A DNA stretch of 60,968 bases, taken from positions 1 through 60,968 of IMG/VR virus record IMGVR_UViG_3300025886_000021; one strand, given 5' to 3'. The DNA is from a virus. Lineage: Duplodnaviria; Caudoviricetes. A program made the position numbers and the translations under genes. Shown here piece by piece: positions 49,374-57,384 of this stretch. The notes below the pieces were generated by a model that was given only the letters and a program-made list of their open reading frames with translations, did no database searches and was not told the origin of the DNA. The stretch's first letter is position 1. Each line of letters opens with the position of its first letter.

Positions 49374-50396
49374 TTAGTCTAGGATTAATGGTGTTTGACA
49401 ACACTCTACATTGATATTAAGCAATGCCTGCTCTTTTGCCTTAGCTTCTACCACAACATCTAGACTGTCTACACCATATGTATTGGGAGTAGTCAATATA
49501 TAATCTGCATGAGCCTGCTCTCGAATCTTGCTAAACTCTTTGTATGCCTTAGCAAACGTTGGCCATTGTGGAAGATCTTCCCAAGCAATATTATGCTTTT
49601 CGCAAATACCTTCGATAAGCCGTTGCTGCTCGTGCCTGCGAGACTCGCTGTAATGAGTGCACTGAGTAACACCATGTTTCTGCCATGTCTCACGAGCCAT
49701 AAAGAATGCCTCCTCCTCGGATAAGTCACCGGTATTGAAAACGTGATGCCAATAGTCAAAAGTAATAGGAATATCAGTATGAACGTGAACCATTTCGTAT
49801 AAGTCACGAACGGAATACATAGACGCTTTGTCGTCATTCTCAATAACAAGACGAGCTTGAACTGAGTCTGATAGTCGATAATAATTACGAATCCACCGCT
49901 CAATAGTAGCCGGCTTATCATTATAAGTAGCACCTATATGAATATTGATCTTGTTGTCATAACTAGGAGCATAGCCAAGCATATCAAACATTTCGCTATG
50001 TCGTTCTAGACTAACAATACTATTTTCAACCACAACCGGATCGGGACTACCTAATATATGAAATGGGCCTGGATGTGTAGTGAGTCGAATACCATGCTCT
50101 CGAGCAAAGTCGCCAGCTTCTTGTAACACCTCACAGATACGATCATAGTCAGGCAAGTCCTTGATCTCGTAATGATTCCAACGAGGAAACATTTCACTGC
50201 CTATACGGAAGAGTCGAATGCCATGGGCTAAATTCCATTTGAGTATAGGGAGTAAATCTTCTGCGTTAAGCAGACTGCGCTCACTTGCCAAAGGCATACC
50301 ACCCTTTTCAAAGATGCGTTGAATCATTGTCCGGCCGGTGCGAATACCTGCCTTGCCTAATGTCATGTTGTTACAGGCATAACCAAATCTAATCAT
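49374..50396 (-). CDS. uvsE: UV damage endonuclease (UvsE/UvdE family)
   Basis: FGYAC, LFRIGS, THPG, NIHIG, ENDD, FDYWHH, HYSES, AHADY and EAKAKE motifs. Confidence 0.93.
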   Translation of the reverse strand: MIRFGYACNNMTLGKAGIRTGRTMIQRIFEKGGMPLASERSLLNAEDLLPILKWNLAHGIRLFRIGSEMFPRWNHYEIKDLPDYDRICEVLQEAGDFAREHGIRLTTHPGPFHILGSPDPVVVENSIVSLERHSEMFDMLGYAPSYDNKINIHIGATYNDKPATIERWIRNYYRLSDSVQARLVIENDDKASMYSVRDLYEMVHVHTDIPITFDYWHHVFNTGDLSEEEAFFMARETWQKHGVTQCTHYSESRRHEQQRLIEGICEKHNIAWEDLPQWPTFAKAYKEFSKIREQAHADYILTTPNTYGVDSLDVVVEAKAKEQALLNINVECCQTPLILD

Positions 50397-50411
50397 AACT
50401 TCTAATTTTAT

Positions 50412-50446
50412 TATTAATATAAGAAAAAAAATGCAGAAATCCTAAT
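50412..50446 (-). promoter_or_regulatory. Repeated host-sigma-type (early) promoter block, copy 1 (others at 51927-51961 and 53371-53405)
   Basis: Minus strand TTAGGATTTCTGCATTTTTTTTCTTATATTAATA; the 35 bp are identical in copy 2. Bipartite spacing recalls Bacteroidota -33/-7 promoters. Confidence 0.6.
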
Positions 50447-50467
50447 ACATAGTATTTTAATAATCGT

Positions 50468-50530
50468 TATATTTATATAAAAGAAACCTAATAGGATAAA
50501 CAATGAAAAATATTTTATCAGAAAATATGC
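50468..50530 (+). repeat. Repeated late promoter + RBS + leader-coding block (second copy 51983-52044)
   Basis: tatatttatataaaagaaacct(a)ataggataaacaatgaaaaatattttatcagaaaatatgc; the copies differ by one indel. Confidence 0.9.
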
Positions 50531-51483
50531 GCAGATTTGGTACTAAGAATTTAACTGAGTCCAACATAAAAAAATTACAAGAACAGGATCCTAAAATAGC
50601 GACAGATATCGCACAGCCAGGTGAAGAAGCCAATCCACTTCCAGATACTCCAAAGAGTCCAGAAAAATTAGTTACCATGTCTGGACCAGACCAAATTAAA
50701 CAACAGCTACAAGGAACGCATAAAGATGCAATTTTATCAATACCGGGATGGGATAAGTTTTTAAAATTAGTGCCTGTTAAAGAAACCACCGCTATGGTTA
50801 TAGATTATGCAGCATTTTCAAATGCATATGCAGCTTATTTGGGCGCTACCAATGGTAGGTTAACAACAATTGAGTCTATTATTGGTAAAAATATTTTCTT
50901 GTTCGTACCTGGTGTTTTTGATAATTATAGTCAAGGTGGGGCATTTAGTGATGCAAATAAAAATGCTAACTTAGTACAATACCTTAAAGGTAATAATATT
51001 GACACTATAATAAAACGAACATATGTTCCCGTTGCTGCTGTTAAATCATTCCATAATGGTGTACATGTATTCCTAAATACAAGAAAAGGTTTTAAAACAG
51101 ACTATTCAGGTAATCCGCAAAATCCGGTATCAACCGATACAGCTCCAGATGGAGATGGCAGTAAACCTGGTGGGACTTCTACATCGTATGGGTCATATTG
51201 GGGTCATAATGGCGAAAAAAGAAGAGGTGGTAATGGTCCAGGTTTGTTAGTACCAATGCAAAGCCCTAGAGCCAATACAAGTTCCGATCAGCAATTAACG
51301 ATCCCAAAAAATGCTGAATTTCGTCTGATGAACTATGGACGCGGAGTCCGAATGAAAATATGGCAAGCGTCAAAAGTTGGATGGGGAAGCAATTGGGAAA
51401 CGTTAATTAACGATTTAAATTCGTGGGATACGATTGCCGGCGGTAATATTACAAATATATACAACGGCAAACAATTAGGTTAA
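50503..51483 (+). CDS. MKNILSENM-leader protein 1 (putative virion cargo)
   Basis: One of only two credible plus-strand genes; has promoter motif, RBS and shared leader. Confidence 0.8.
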   Translation: MKNILSENMRRFGTKNLTESNIKKLQEQDPKIATDIAQPGEEANPLPDTPKSPEKLVTMSGPDQIKQQLQGTHKDAILSIPGWDKFLKLVPVKETTAMVIDYAAFSNAYAAYLGATNGRLTTIESIIGKNIFLFVPGVFDNYSQGGAFSDANKNANLVQYLKGNNIDTIIKRTYVPVAAVKSFHNGVHVFLNTRKGFKTDYSGNPQNPVSTDTAPDGDGSKPGGTSTSYGSYWGHNGEKRRGGNGPGLLVPMQSPRANTSSDQQLTIPKNAEFRLMNYGRGVRMKIWQASKVGWGSNWETLINDLNSWDTIAGGNITNIYNGKQLG

Positions 51484-51484
51484 A

Positions 51485-51904
51485 TTAATAATAAATTACC
51501 GCATCATTGAATAATATAATTGATGATTCATTTTTAATTAAATCATATGTTTTGTAATAAACACAATTATCAATAACTTCTATAGTAATATTATTATTAT
51601 CCGATTTCGAATTACAATATATATATTTTGAAACGTTGTCGACAATTAATGTATCATATGTAAAGTATCGTGTTTCATACCGATTATACATTACAATTTG
51701 TTGCCTTGATTGATCAAATCTAAAGTTATAGTAATAACTAGATTTAAAGTTTCGGTTTATATATTCTTTATTAAAAATAGATTCTTGTGATCCATCTCCT
51801 TCAATAATATATTCAATACCAGACGTAGTATGAATTTTACTTTGCCAATCTTGGCTAAATACAATTGAAGAATTAACTAATACTAATAATAATAACTTTT
51901 TCAT
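51485..51904 (-). CDS. Secreted beta-rich protein 1
   Basis: Signal peptide MKKLLLLVLVNSSIVFS|Q; convergent with 50503-51483. Confidence 0.75.
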   Translation of the reverse strand: MKKLLLLVLVNSSIVFSQDWQSKIHTTSGIEYIIEGDGSQESIFNKEYINRNFKSSYYYNFRFDQSRQQIVMYNRYETRYFTYDTLIVDNVSKYIYCNSKSDNNNITIEVIDNCVYYKTYDLIKNESSIILFNDAVIYY

Positions 51905-52016
51905 AATTTTATCTTTTAATTTATACTATTAATATAAGAAAAAAAATGCAGAAATCCTAATTAGCAGTTTTTTAGTTATACATATATTTATATAAAAGAA
52001 ACCTATAGGATAAACA

Positions 52017-52826
52017 ATGAAAAATATTTTATCAGAAAATATGCAGCGGTTCGGAACCAAAAATTTAAACGAATCCAATATTGAAAAATTAAATGAAAAT
52101 CAGGGTCAGATAAGAATGACCGTAAGCGGCCGAAGGAATAAACAACCAATTGGAGATTTGAATCTCCAAAATAAAGTACAGATACCATATGATACCCGTT
52201 TCGTTACAGATACGGATAGTAGATCGATATCAACATTGGATCCTAAAGTTAAATATGTTAACGCAAATTACACGTTACGAATATACAACAAAACTCTCTT
52301 AAATGAATTTCGACAGCTCACCGGTGGAACTATTATTCTTGATAAATTAGAATTTGTTCCAAATGGAAACATGTTTGGAACATCATTAAATTGGAAAGAT
52401 ACTATAGAATTAAATCAACAAATACCTTTAAGTAAAGGCTCTATGACAACTACTCAAATTCAAATACCAATTCCAGCGCCGAAAGCTGCTGCAAGTCTTG
52501 ATTCGAGTAAAAATAAAGTCAACATTAGTTTTAAAGAGTCAGATGGCGGCAAGAGTCTTGGGATCGATGGAGCTAGATATACCTTAAGAGGTCGTATACA
52601 GTCACGAACGCGAGACCGAGCTACCCTGGTAGCCAATATAGAAAAAGCCATTGCAAGTGGGAAATTAAAAGATACAGATGGCGGTAAAGCTAGAATGGCA
52701 CAATGGGATGCAGCTAATCCTAGTGGCACCAGTGCCGCAACTACTTCTGGAGCATTTTATGTACAAATTCCAGTTAGTCTTTCTAGTATTGCTATTCCAG
52801 TTAGCCCAAGTCAAGGACGTGGATAA
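52017..52826 (+). CDS. MKNILSENM-leader protein 2 (putative virion cargo)
   Basis: Same upstream block and leader as 50503-51483, but an unrelated body. Confidence 0.8.
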   Translation: MKNILSENMQRFGTKNLNESNIEKLNENQGQIRMTVSGRRNKQPIGDLNLQNKVQIPYDTRFVTDTDSRSISTLDPKVKYVNANYTLRIYNKTLLNEFRQLTGGTIILDKLEFVPNGNMFGTSLNWKDTIELNQQIPLSKGSMTTTQIQIPIPAPKAAASLDSSKNKVNISFKESDGGKSLGIDGARYTLRGRIQSRTRDRATLVANIEKAIASGKLKDTDGGKARMAQWDAANPSGTSAATTSGAFYVQIPVSLSSIAIPVSPSQGRG

Positions 52827-52846
52827 TAATATTATATAAACGTAGT

Positions 52847-52872
52847 AAAGCCCCTTAATTGGGGCTTTTTTT
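52847..52872 (+). terminator. Intrinsic terminator between convergent genes (possibly bidirectional)
   Basis: AAAGCCCC-TTAATT-GGGGCTTT-TTTT. Confidence 0.85.
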
Positions 52873-52886
52873 ATGACCGTAACGTC

Positions 52887-53348
52887 TTATTGCATATCAA
52901 CTACACTCATAGTAATAGTACCGGTTGGATTTACTATAGTTGCATCAATGCTAGAATCATACCATATATGAGTCATGGTCTTTTCAGATGTATCAATATA
53001 TACTTTAATAAAAAATGTACGATTAGGATCAGTTCTACCATAATCCGTCAATGTTAAAACATATTCACTTCCATTTCGTTCAACATTATTAATTGGAATA
53101 GTACTACCAATATTGCCCAATGATCTGCTAAAAAATGTGCTTGTCATTTCTTGAAGATCGAATGTATAATCGCAATCTGCAGGAGTTATACCCGAATCAT
53201 GATCTGGATTATTAATAATTGTTTCTGGATTTGTAATATATCCGGACTTATAATATGTCTGAACATCTTTACATGTAACTTTGATTTTTTGTGAAAAACT
53301 CACAGCGGCAATCAACAACGACACGGATAATAATAATAACTTTTTCAT
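52887..53348 (-). CDS. Secreted beta-rich protein 2
   Basis: Signal peptide MKKLLLLSVSLLIAAVSFS|Q; 25 bp around the start are identical to secreted protein 1. Confidence 0.75.
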   Translation of the reverse strand: MKKLLLLSVSLLIAAVSFSQKIKVTCKDVQTYYKSGYITNPETIINNPDHDSGITPADCDYTFDLQEMTSTFFSRSLGNIGSTIPINNVERNGSEYVLTLTDYGRTDPNRTFFIKVYIDTSEKTMTHIWYDSSIDATIVNPTGTITMSVVDMQ

Positions 53349-53404
53349 AATTCTTTCTTTTAATTTATAATATAAATATAAGAAAAAAAATGCGTATATC
53401 CTAA

Positions 53405-53953
53405 TTATTTCTTAACAAATCCTTTCAGAAAATCTTTTTGACGATCTATTGCATTGTCGAGATCTTTTTTTGATGCTTTTGCATTGCTTGTGCGCTTTCG
53501 TGTAGAGCTAGGCTTAGCAACATCTTTGTGTGTAGTGGATGATCTTCGCTTTGTATTTTTTCTACTATTGCTATCATCATTTCCTCCGCCGCTTGAATTG
53601 TCATTTCGCTGCGGATCCTTGTCGCTTCCGGAGTTTTCATAAATTGCGATACTCTGCGGCCAATCTCCGCTTTGTGTTCTGTCGTGGAGTATGAATCCGA
53701 CGTCATATTGAGTTCGATATCCTTTGATTTCGAACTCAATTGGGTATCTGGTGATATAGTCATTTGGGTTGAGTCCCTTTTCGTGGACTTCAACCATGTA
53801 ACTACGGCCCCAACCATTTTCTTTACTGCTTTTAACATAACCTGTCTTTATTTGTCCTAACCATTGAATGATTACCAATTCGCCGGACTTATACATAGCC
53901 TTTTCGAACTGTTTAAGCACATATGCTGGTATTTTATTCTTCTTCTTTGCCAT
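53405..53953 (-). CDS. Hypothetical protein, SH3-like N-terminus with basic disordered tail
   Basis: YKSGELVIIQW.G...GYV pattern; K/R/S/N-rich C-terminus. Confidence 0.55.
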   Translation of the reverse strand: MAKKKNKIPAYVLKQFEKAMYKSGELVIIQWLGQIKTGYVKSSKENGWGRSYMVEVHEKGLNPNDYITRYPIEFEIKGYRTQYDVGFILHDRTQSGDWPQSIAIYENSGSDKDPQRNDNSSGGGNDDSNSRKNTKRRSSTTHKDVAKPSSTRKRTSNAKASKKDLDNAIDRQKDFLKGFVKK

Positions 53954-54001
53954 TTTAATAAGATTTAATCGATATCGTTATACTGTGTTATTTGGGGCTT
54001 A

Positions 54002-54433
54002 TTAACTAAGACTTACACCTGGTATTTGACCTACTATGGTATATACTCGCAAATACCTGGTAGTTTTATCTGGTTTAAACATTGTTTCGGATTTTTTGTC
54101 CCGACTCATTACATATCCAGACTCCATAAACTTTGTCATCACAATACGAACAGCTTTTAAACTGTTAGACTCGATTAATAAATATTCATCATCAATCATT
54201 ATATCCACTCTATTGGAATGATCTGGAATATCATTTTTTAATTGAACTAATGGCTCATCATTTATATATTCTTCATTGATTTGTGTGAAAAACCCGCCTA
54301 AATCTAATTTAGACTTTGCTGACTGACCTTCGAATAATTGAAAAAAATAATCTACGGCTTCAGAGTCAGACAGATAATCAAAATAACAATATTCTGAATA
54401 ATTAACGTGAATGTTTTTTATTTTGTTGTTCAT
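54002..54433 (-). CDS. Hypothetical protein
   Basis: 143-aa ORF in the minus-strand operon. Confidence 0.6.
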   Translation of the reverse strand: MNNKIKNIHVNYSEYCYFDYLSDSEAVDYFFQLFEGQSAKSKLDLGGFFTQINEEYINDEPLVQLKNDIPDHSNRVDIMIDDEYLLIESNSLKAVRIVMTKFMESGYVMSRDKKSETMFKPDKTTRYLRVYTIVGQIPGVSLS

Positions 54434-54596
54434 GGTCGCTAAGTTTTTTTATAATATACAAATTATCAACTAAATCAATGTCTAATCGTTTAACTAGACT
54501 AACTTTTCTTCGTGCGTCTAACAATCCCGTTGCCTGTACACGACCAATTGGTTCATTGGATGAATCATTTCGAAAAAGGTATACATATGTATCCAT
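54402..54596 (-). CDS. Small hypothetical protein
   Basis: 64 aa; promoter motif at 54607-54614. Confidence 0.55.
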   Translation of the reverse strand: MDTYVYLFRNDSSNEPIGRVQATGLLDARRKVSLVKRLDIDLVDNLYIIKKLSDHEQQNKKHSR

Positions 54597-54605
54597 ATTT
54601 CTTTA

Positions 54606-54992
54606 TTATAAATATAAACCTAACTCATAAGAACGCTGTATTGTTACCAATGCATCGTCTAATGTTTCCCGTAATCTGTTTATTTCCTGTCTATTTAATA
54701 AAATAGTTTTAGATTTTACTTCAAATTCGAATTTTTCTTCTAAATCTGCCTTATGTGTAGCTCCTCCTAACTTGGTTGCTTTTTTAGCATAGTTAATCAA
54801 GTCTTTGTATCTAAAAGGAATCGAAGTTCCTGCCAATTGTAATGCACCTACATTAGTATTCATTGGATCTGTCTTAAAAGTACCAGCAGAAACTTTGTCT
54901 TTAAAGAAAAAGTCTAAATCTGCCCATGTTGAGCCATACCGGGTTCTAAATTTGCGGCTCACTGACCACGATTGGTTAACGCTTTTTGTCAT
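54606..54992 (-). CDS. Hypothetical protein
   Basis: 128-aa ORF with tight operon spacing. Confidence 0.6.
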   Translation of the reverse strand: MTKSVNQSWSVSRKFRTRYGSTWADLDFFFKDKVSAGTFKTDPMNTNVGALQLAGTSIPFRYKDLINYAKKATKLGGATHKADLEEKFEFEVKSKTILLNRQEINRLRETLDDALVTIQRSYELGLYL

Positions 54993-54999
54993 TCTTGTT

Positions 55000-55650
55000 T
55001 TATATTTTATAAATTGTTACTGTGTACACGTCTTTTGAGTAATTGTTGCGTAAAACAACGTTTTGATATTTTTCTATGAGCATATCTAACACTAATCCTG
55101 GGTGGACGTAAAAAAACCCGTCATGATGTGTAGTGTTTATTGGATTAAGCAGATTAAATGAAACAACACTTGTTGCATGATTATAAAGTAAATCAATATC
55201 TTCGAATAATTTCTGTAAATCAGCATCTTCTGTTTCACAACGGCGCTGAGTAAACAATCCATTTGCTATAACCCATGATGTTTCTGGTAATTTTGCAACT
55301 TCAAATGCATTTGTTAAGCAATCTATATCATATTTTTGCTTTGCAATATTAGTCATTACCGGATTATGATCAACTCCATGATATGAATATACAGAATCTG
55401 TATAAAATTCATTGATAAACCCATATAAATCTCCTCTACCACATCCTACATCTAATATAGAGTTATTATTCCACCCAATTAATAGATTTTGCATTAAATA
55501 ACGTTGTTCAGCCGTTGTGTTGTATCCAACTGGTATTGGACTATACATCATATAGTCTTCATCATGAACCGTTAATTTATCCCATATATTAAATCTGTCA
55601 GAACTTGACAAATTTTCAGATATCTTGTCTGCTAATTCTTTGTGATTCAT
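55000..55650 (-). CDS. Class I SAM-dependent methyltransferase
   Basis: SILDVGCGRGD motif I, YHGVD motif II, VIANGLF. Confidence 0.85.
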   Translation of the reverse strand: MNHKELADKISENLSSSDRFNIWDKLTVHDEDYMMYSPIPVGYNTTAEQRYLMQNLLIGWNNNSILDVGCGRGDLYGFINEFYTDSVYSYHGVDHNPVMTNIAKQKYDIDCLTNAFEVAKLPETSWVIANGLFTQRRCETEDADLQKLFEDIDLLYNHATSVVSFNLLNPINTTHHDGFFYVHPGLVLDMLIEKYQNVVLRNNYSKDVYTVTIYKI

Positions 55651-55925
55651 GATTTTGTAAACGGTAATGATTCAGTTTCTACTAATTCTCGATATGGAAC
55701 TTTAGCTTCAATCGGCCCTCCATTGTCAATTGACAAATTACTAGTAAGACTACGGTTAATTCTTGTCGTATGTTTAGGTGCAGTGGTAATCATACAAAGT
55801 GCACTACGATTTTCCAATAGAACATCATATACTGTTTGCTTGTTTACTTTGTATTGATCAATAACTACACCAACTTTGTTAACATCATCTTGTGTTACTA
55901 TAACTGTTTCTCCTGGATTATACAT
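55647..55925 (-). CDS. Small SH3/KOW-like hypothetical protein
   Basis: YNPGETVIV...VGVVID...YDVLLE; coupled at both ends. Confidence 0.55.
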   Translation of the reverse strand: MYNPGETVIVTQDDVNKVGVVIDQYKVNKQTVYDVLLENRSALCMITTAPKHTTRINRSLTSNLSIDNGGPIEAKVPYRELVETESLPFTKS

Positions 55926-56134
55926 TAGTCGATGATTTTAATGATTTTACTATTAGTTACTGCTTTAACTTCAAAGTCAAATGTAACCCCTTGGAAATCT
56001 TTAACGACTTTTGCTTCAGCTTCTGTCACAGACATTGCTTCAACTAAATACATTTCAGTTGCTTTCTTTTCTTTTGTACCGTTTGCGGTATCTGTCAACG
56101 TTGTTAGTTGAACTTTTGCGGTATAATACGCCAT
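55925..56134 (-). CDS. DUF4494-like small protein (Bacteroidota-associated)
   Basis: YTAKV...KKATEMYLVEAMSVTEAEAKV motif. Confidence 0.75.
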   Translation of the reverse strand: MAYYTAKVQLTTLTDTANGTKEKKATEMYLVEAMSVTEAEAKVVKDFQGVTFDFEVKAVTNSKIIKIID

Positions 56135-56199
56135 ATTAAATTGATTTTTAAGATTTATAACTTATATATAATATATGAAAAAATATTCAATAACCAAAA

Positions 56200-56463
56200 T
56201 TAATCTTTGTCTAAAAATTTCTGTAATCGTTTTTGATTTCGATGAAATTCAAAAGACTTTCTCATTTGTTTATCAGAAAGATTAAAATTTAATTGCATTG
56301 TATCTAGTATATCAGCAATTAATCGTTCTTGATCATACTTATTAAATGTTTTACCTCGAAGTTTTTTAATAACGCGTTTTAAATGATATATAAAATCTGT
56401 TGGAACTCTTGATAATATTCTAGATTTAGATAAATGAATTTTTATTTTTGAGTCTTTTGAACT
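56200..56463 (-). CDS. 87-codon open frame continuing 56442-57002 in the -1 frame (frameshift extension)
   Basis: Open from the A10 tract to TAA at 56200 (SSKDSKIKIHLSKSRILSRVP...FLDKD); no ATG near its 5' end; fills the intergenic gap. Confidence 0.6.
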   Translation of the reverse strand, partial: SSKDSKIKIHLSKSRILSRVPTDFIYHLKRVIKKLRGKTFNKYDQERLIADILDTMQLNFNLSDKQMRKSFEFHRNQKRLQKFLDKD

Positions 56464-57002
56464 TTTTTTTTTGACTTGGCTTTTTCAAATAGAATTTTTT
56501 TTGCAATTTTAGCAGATTCACTTAATAGATCTCCATATTTAACAACATGTGCTAATTCAGGTCCAGGCGGAAGTGGAGCTCCTCCTTCCATATCAGTACT
56601 AGCAGCATCAGCACCATCGGATTTGTCAGAAAATTTATCTTTATATTTTTCAACAGCATCAAGTGGTAATCGTAATTCTATAGTATAATCGGTATTTTGT
56701 CCATATCCGGTATATGGAACTATTTTAACATGTTTACCTCGTACTAAAGAAAGTAAAACTGCCGGAGTGCAACTGTATTGACTGCCAGATCTAGCAATAA
56801 ATTCTCTAATTCCTATATCCGATACAGAATATATTATTCCTACATGTTGCGATCCTGCTTTAGCAAATGAAGATAAGAATTTTTGTTGTGGTTCAGTAAA
56901 CACATCTACTTCATCAGTTTGTTCTGGAGCTGGCGCTTCAGTTTGTTCTGAAATCATTTCACTTAATACATTACGAATTATATTTGTTAATTGTATACTC
57001 AT
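56442..57002 (-). CDS. Hypothetical protein with leader (VLSEMISEQ)
   Basis: 186-aa ORF ending just after an A10 tract. Confidence 0.65.
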   Translation of the reverse strand: MSIQLTNIIRNVLSEMISEQTEAPAPEQTDEVDVFTEPQQKFLSSFAKAGSQHVGIIYSVSDIGIREFIARSGSQYSCTPAVLLSLVRGKHVKIVPYTGYGQNTDYTIELRLPLDAVEKYKDKFSDKSDGADAASTDMEGGAPLPPGPELAHVVKYGDLLSESAKIAKKILFEKAKSKKKVQKTQK

Positions 57003-57184
57003 ATCTTTTTTGATTCTGCTAATTGTGTGCTTCGGTATTTACTTGCTAATTTTCTAATTTCATTAATAGATTTACGAGCTCTGACACCTGCAGCTTTTAC
57101 TTGTTTTTCTGAAAATCTATTATGGTTATCTTTAAATGTATCCCATAATGACTCAATATCTTCAAATATTTCTTTAGATGTCAT
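56999..57184 (-). CDS. Histone H1-like (Hc1 family) small DNA-binding protein
   Basis: KQVKAAGVRARKS..EIRKLA..YR motif; promoter motif at 57201-57208. Confidence 0.8.
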   Translation of the reverse strand: MTSKEIFEDIESLWDTFKDNHNRFSEKQVKAAGVRARKSINEIRKLASKYRSTQLAESKKI

Positions 57185-57213
57185 ATTAACCTTTATTTTA
57201 TATAAATATGTTG

Positions 57214-57384
57214 CTATACAAAACGATCCATAAATACTAGTATATTTGTATCTGATACTATATATTCTGTTCCGTTATTCATTTCTACGACAACATCTGC
57301 ATCTAATTGATATATCCGTTGTATCAATTGTGTATTAATAAAAACTGTGGTATCTTGAATTGTTATATGAATAAATTTTTGCAT
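57214..57384 (-). CDS. Small beta-rich protein (56 aa; not in the ORF track)
   Basis: MQKFIHITIQDTTVFINTQLIQRIYQ...MNNGTEYIV...; TAATG coupling. Confidence 0.6.
   Translation of the reverse strand: MQKFIHITIQDTTVFINTQLIQRIYQLDADVVVEMNNGTEYIVSDTNILVFMDRFV

Noticed and set aside
50412-53405. 35-bp repeats as a CRISPR array or integron attC sites
   Set aside because: Spacing is about 1.5 kb with whole genes between; the repeats are non-palindromic and promoter-like; no cas or integrase gene seen.
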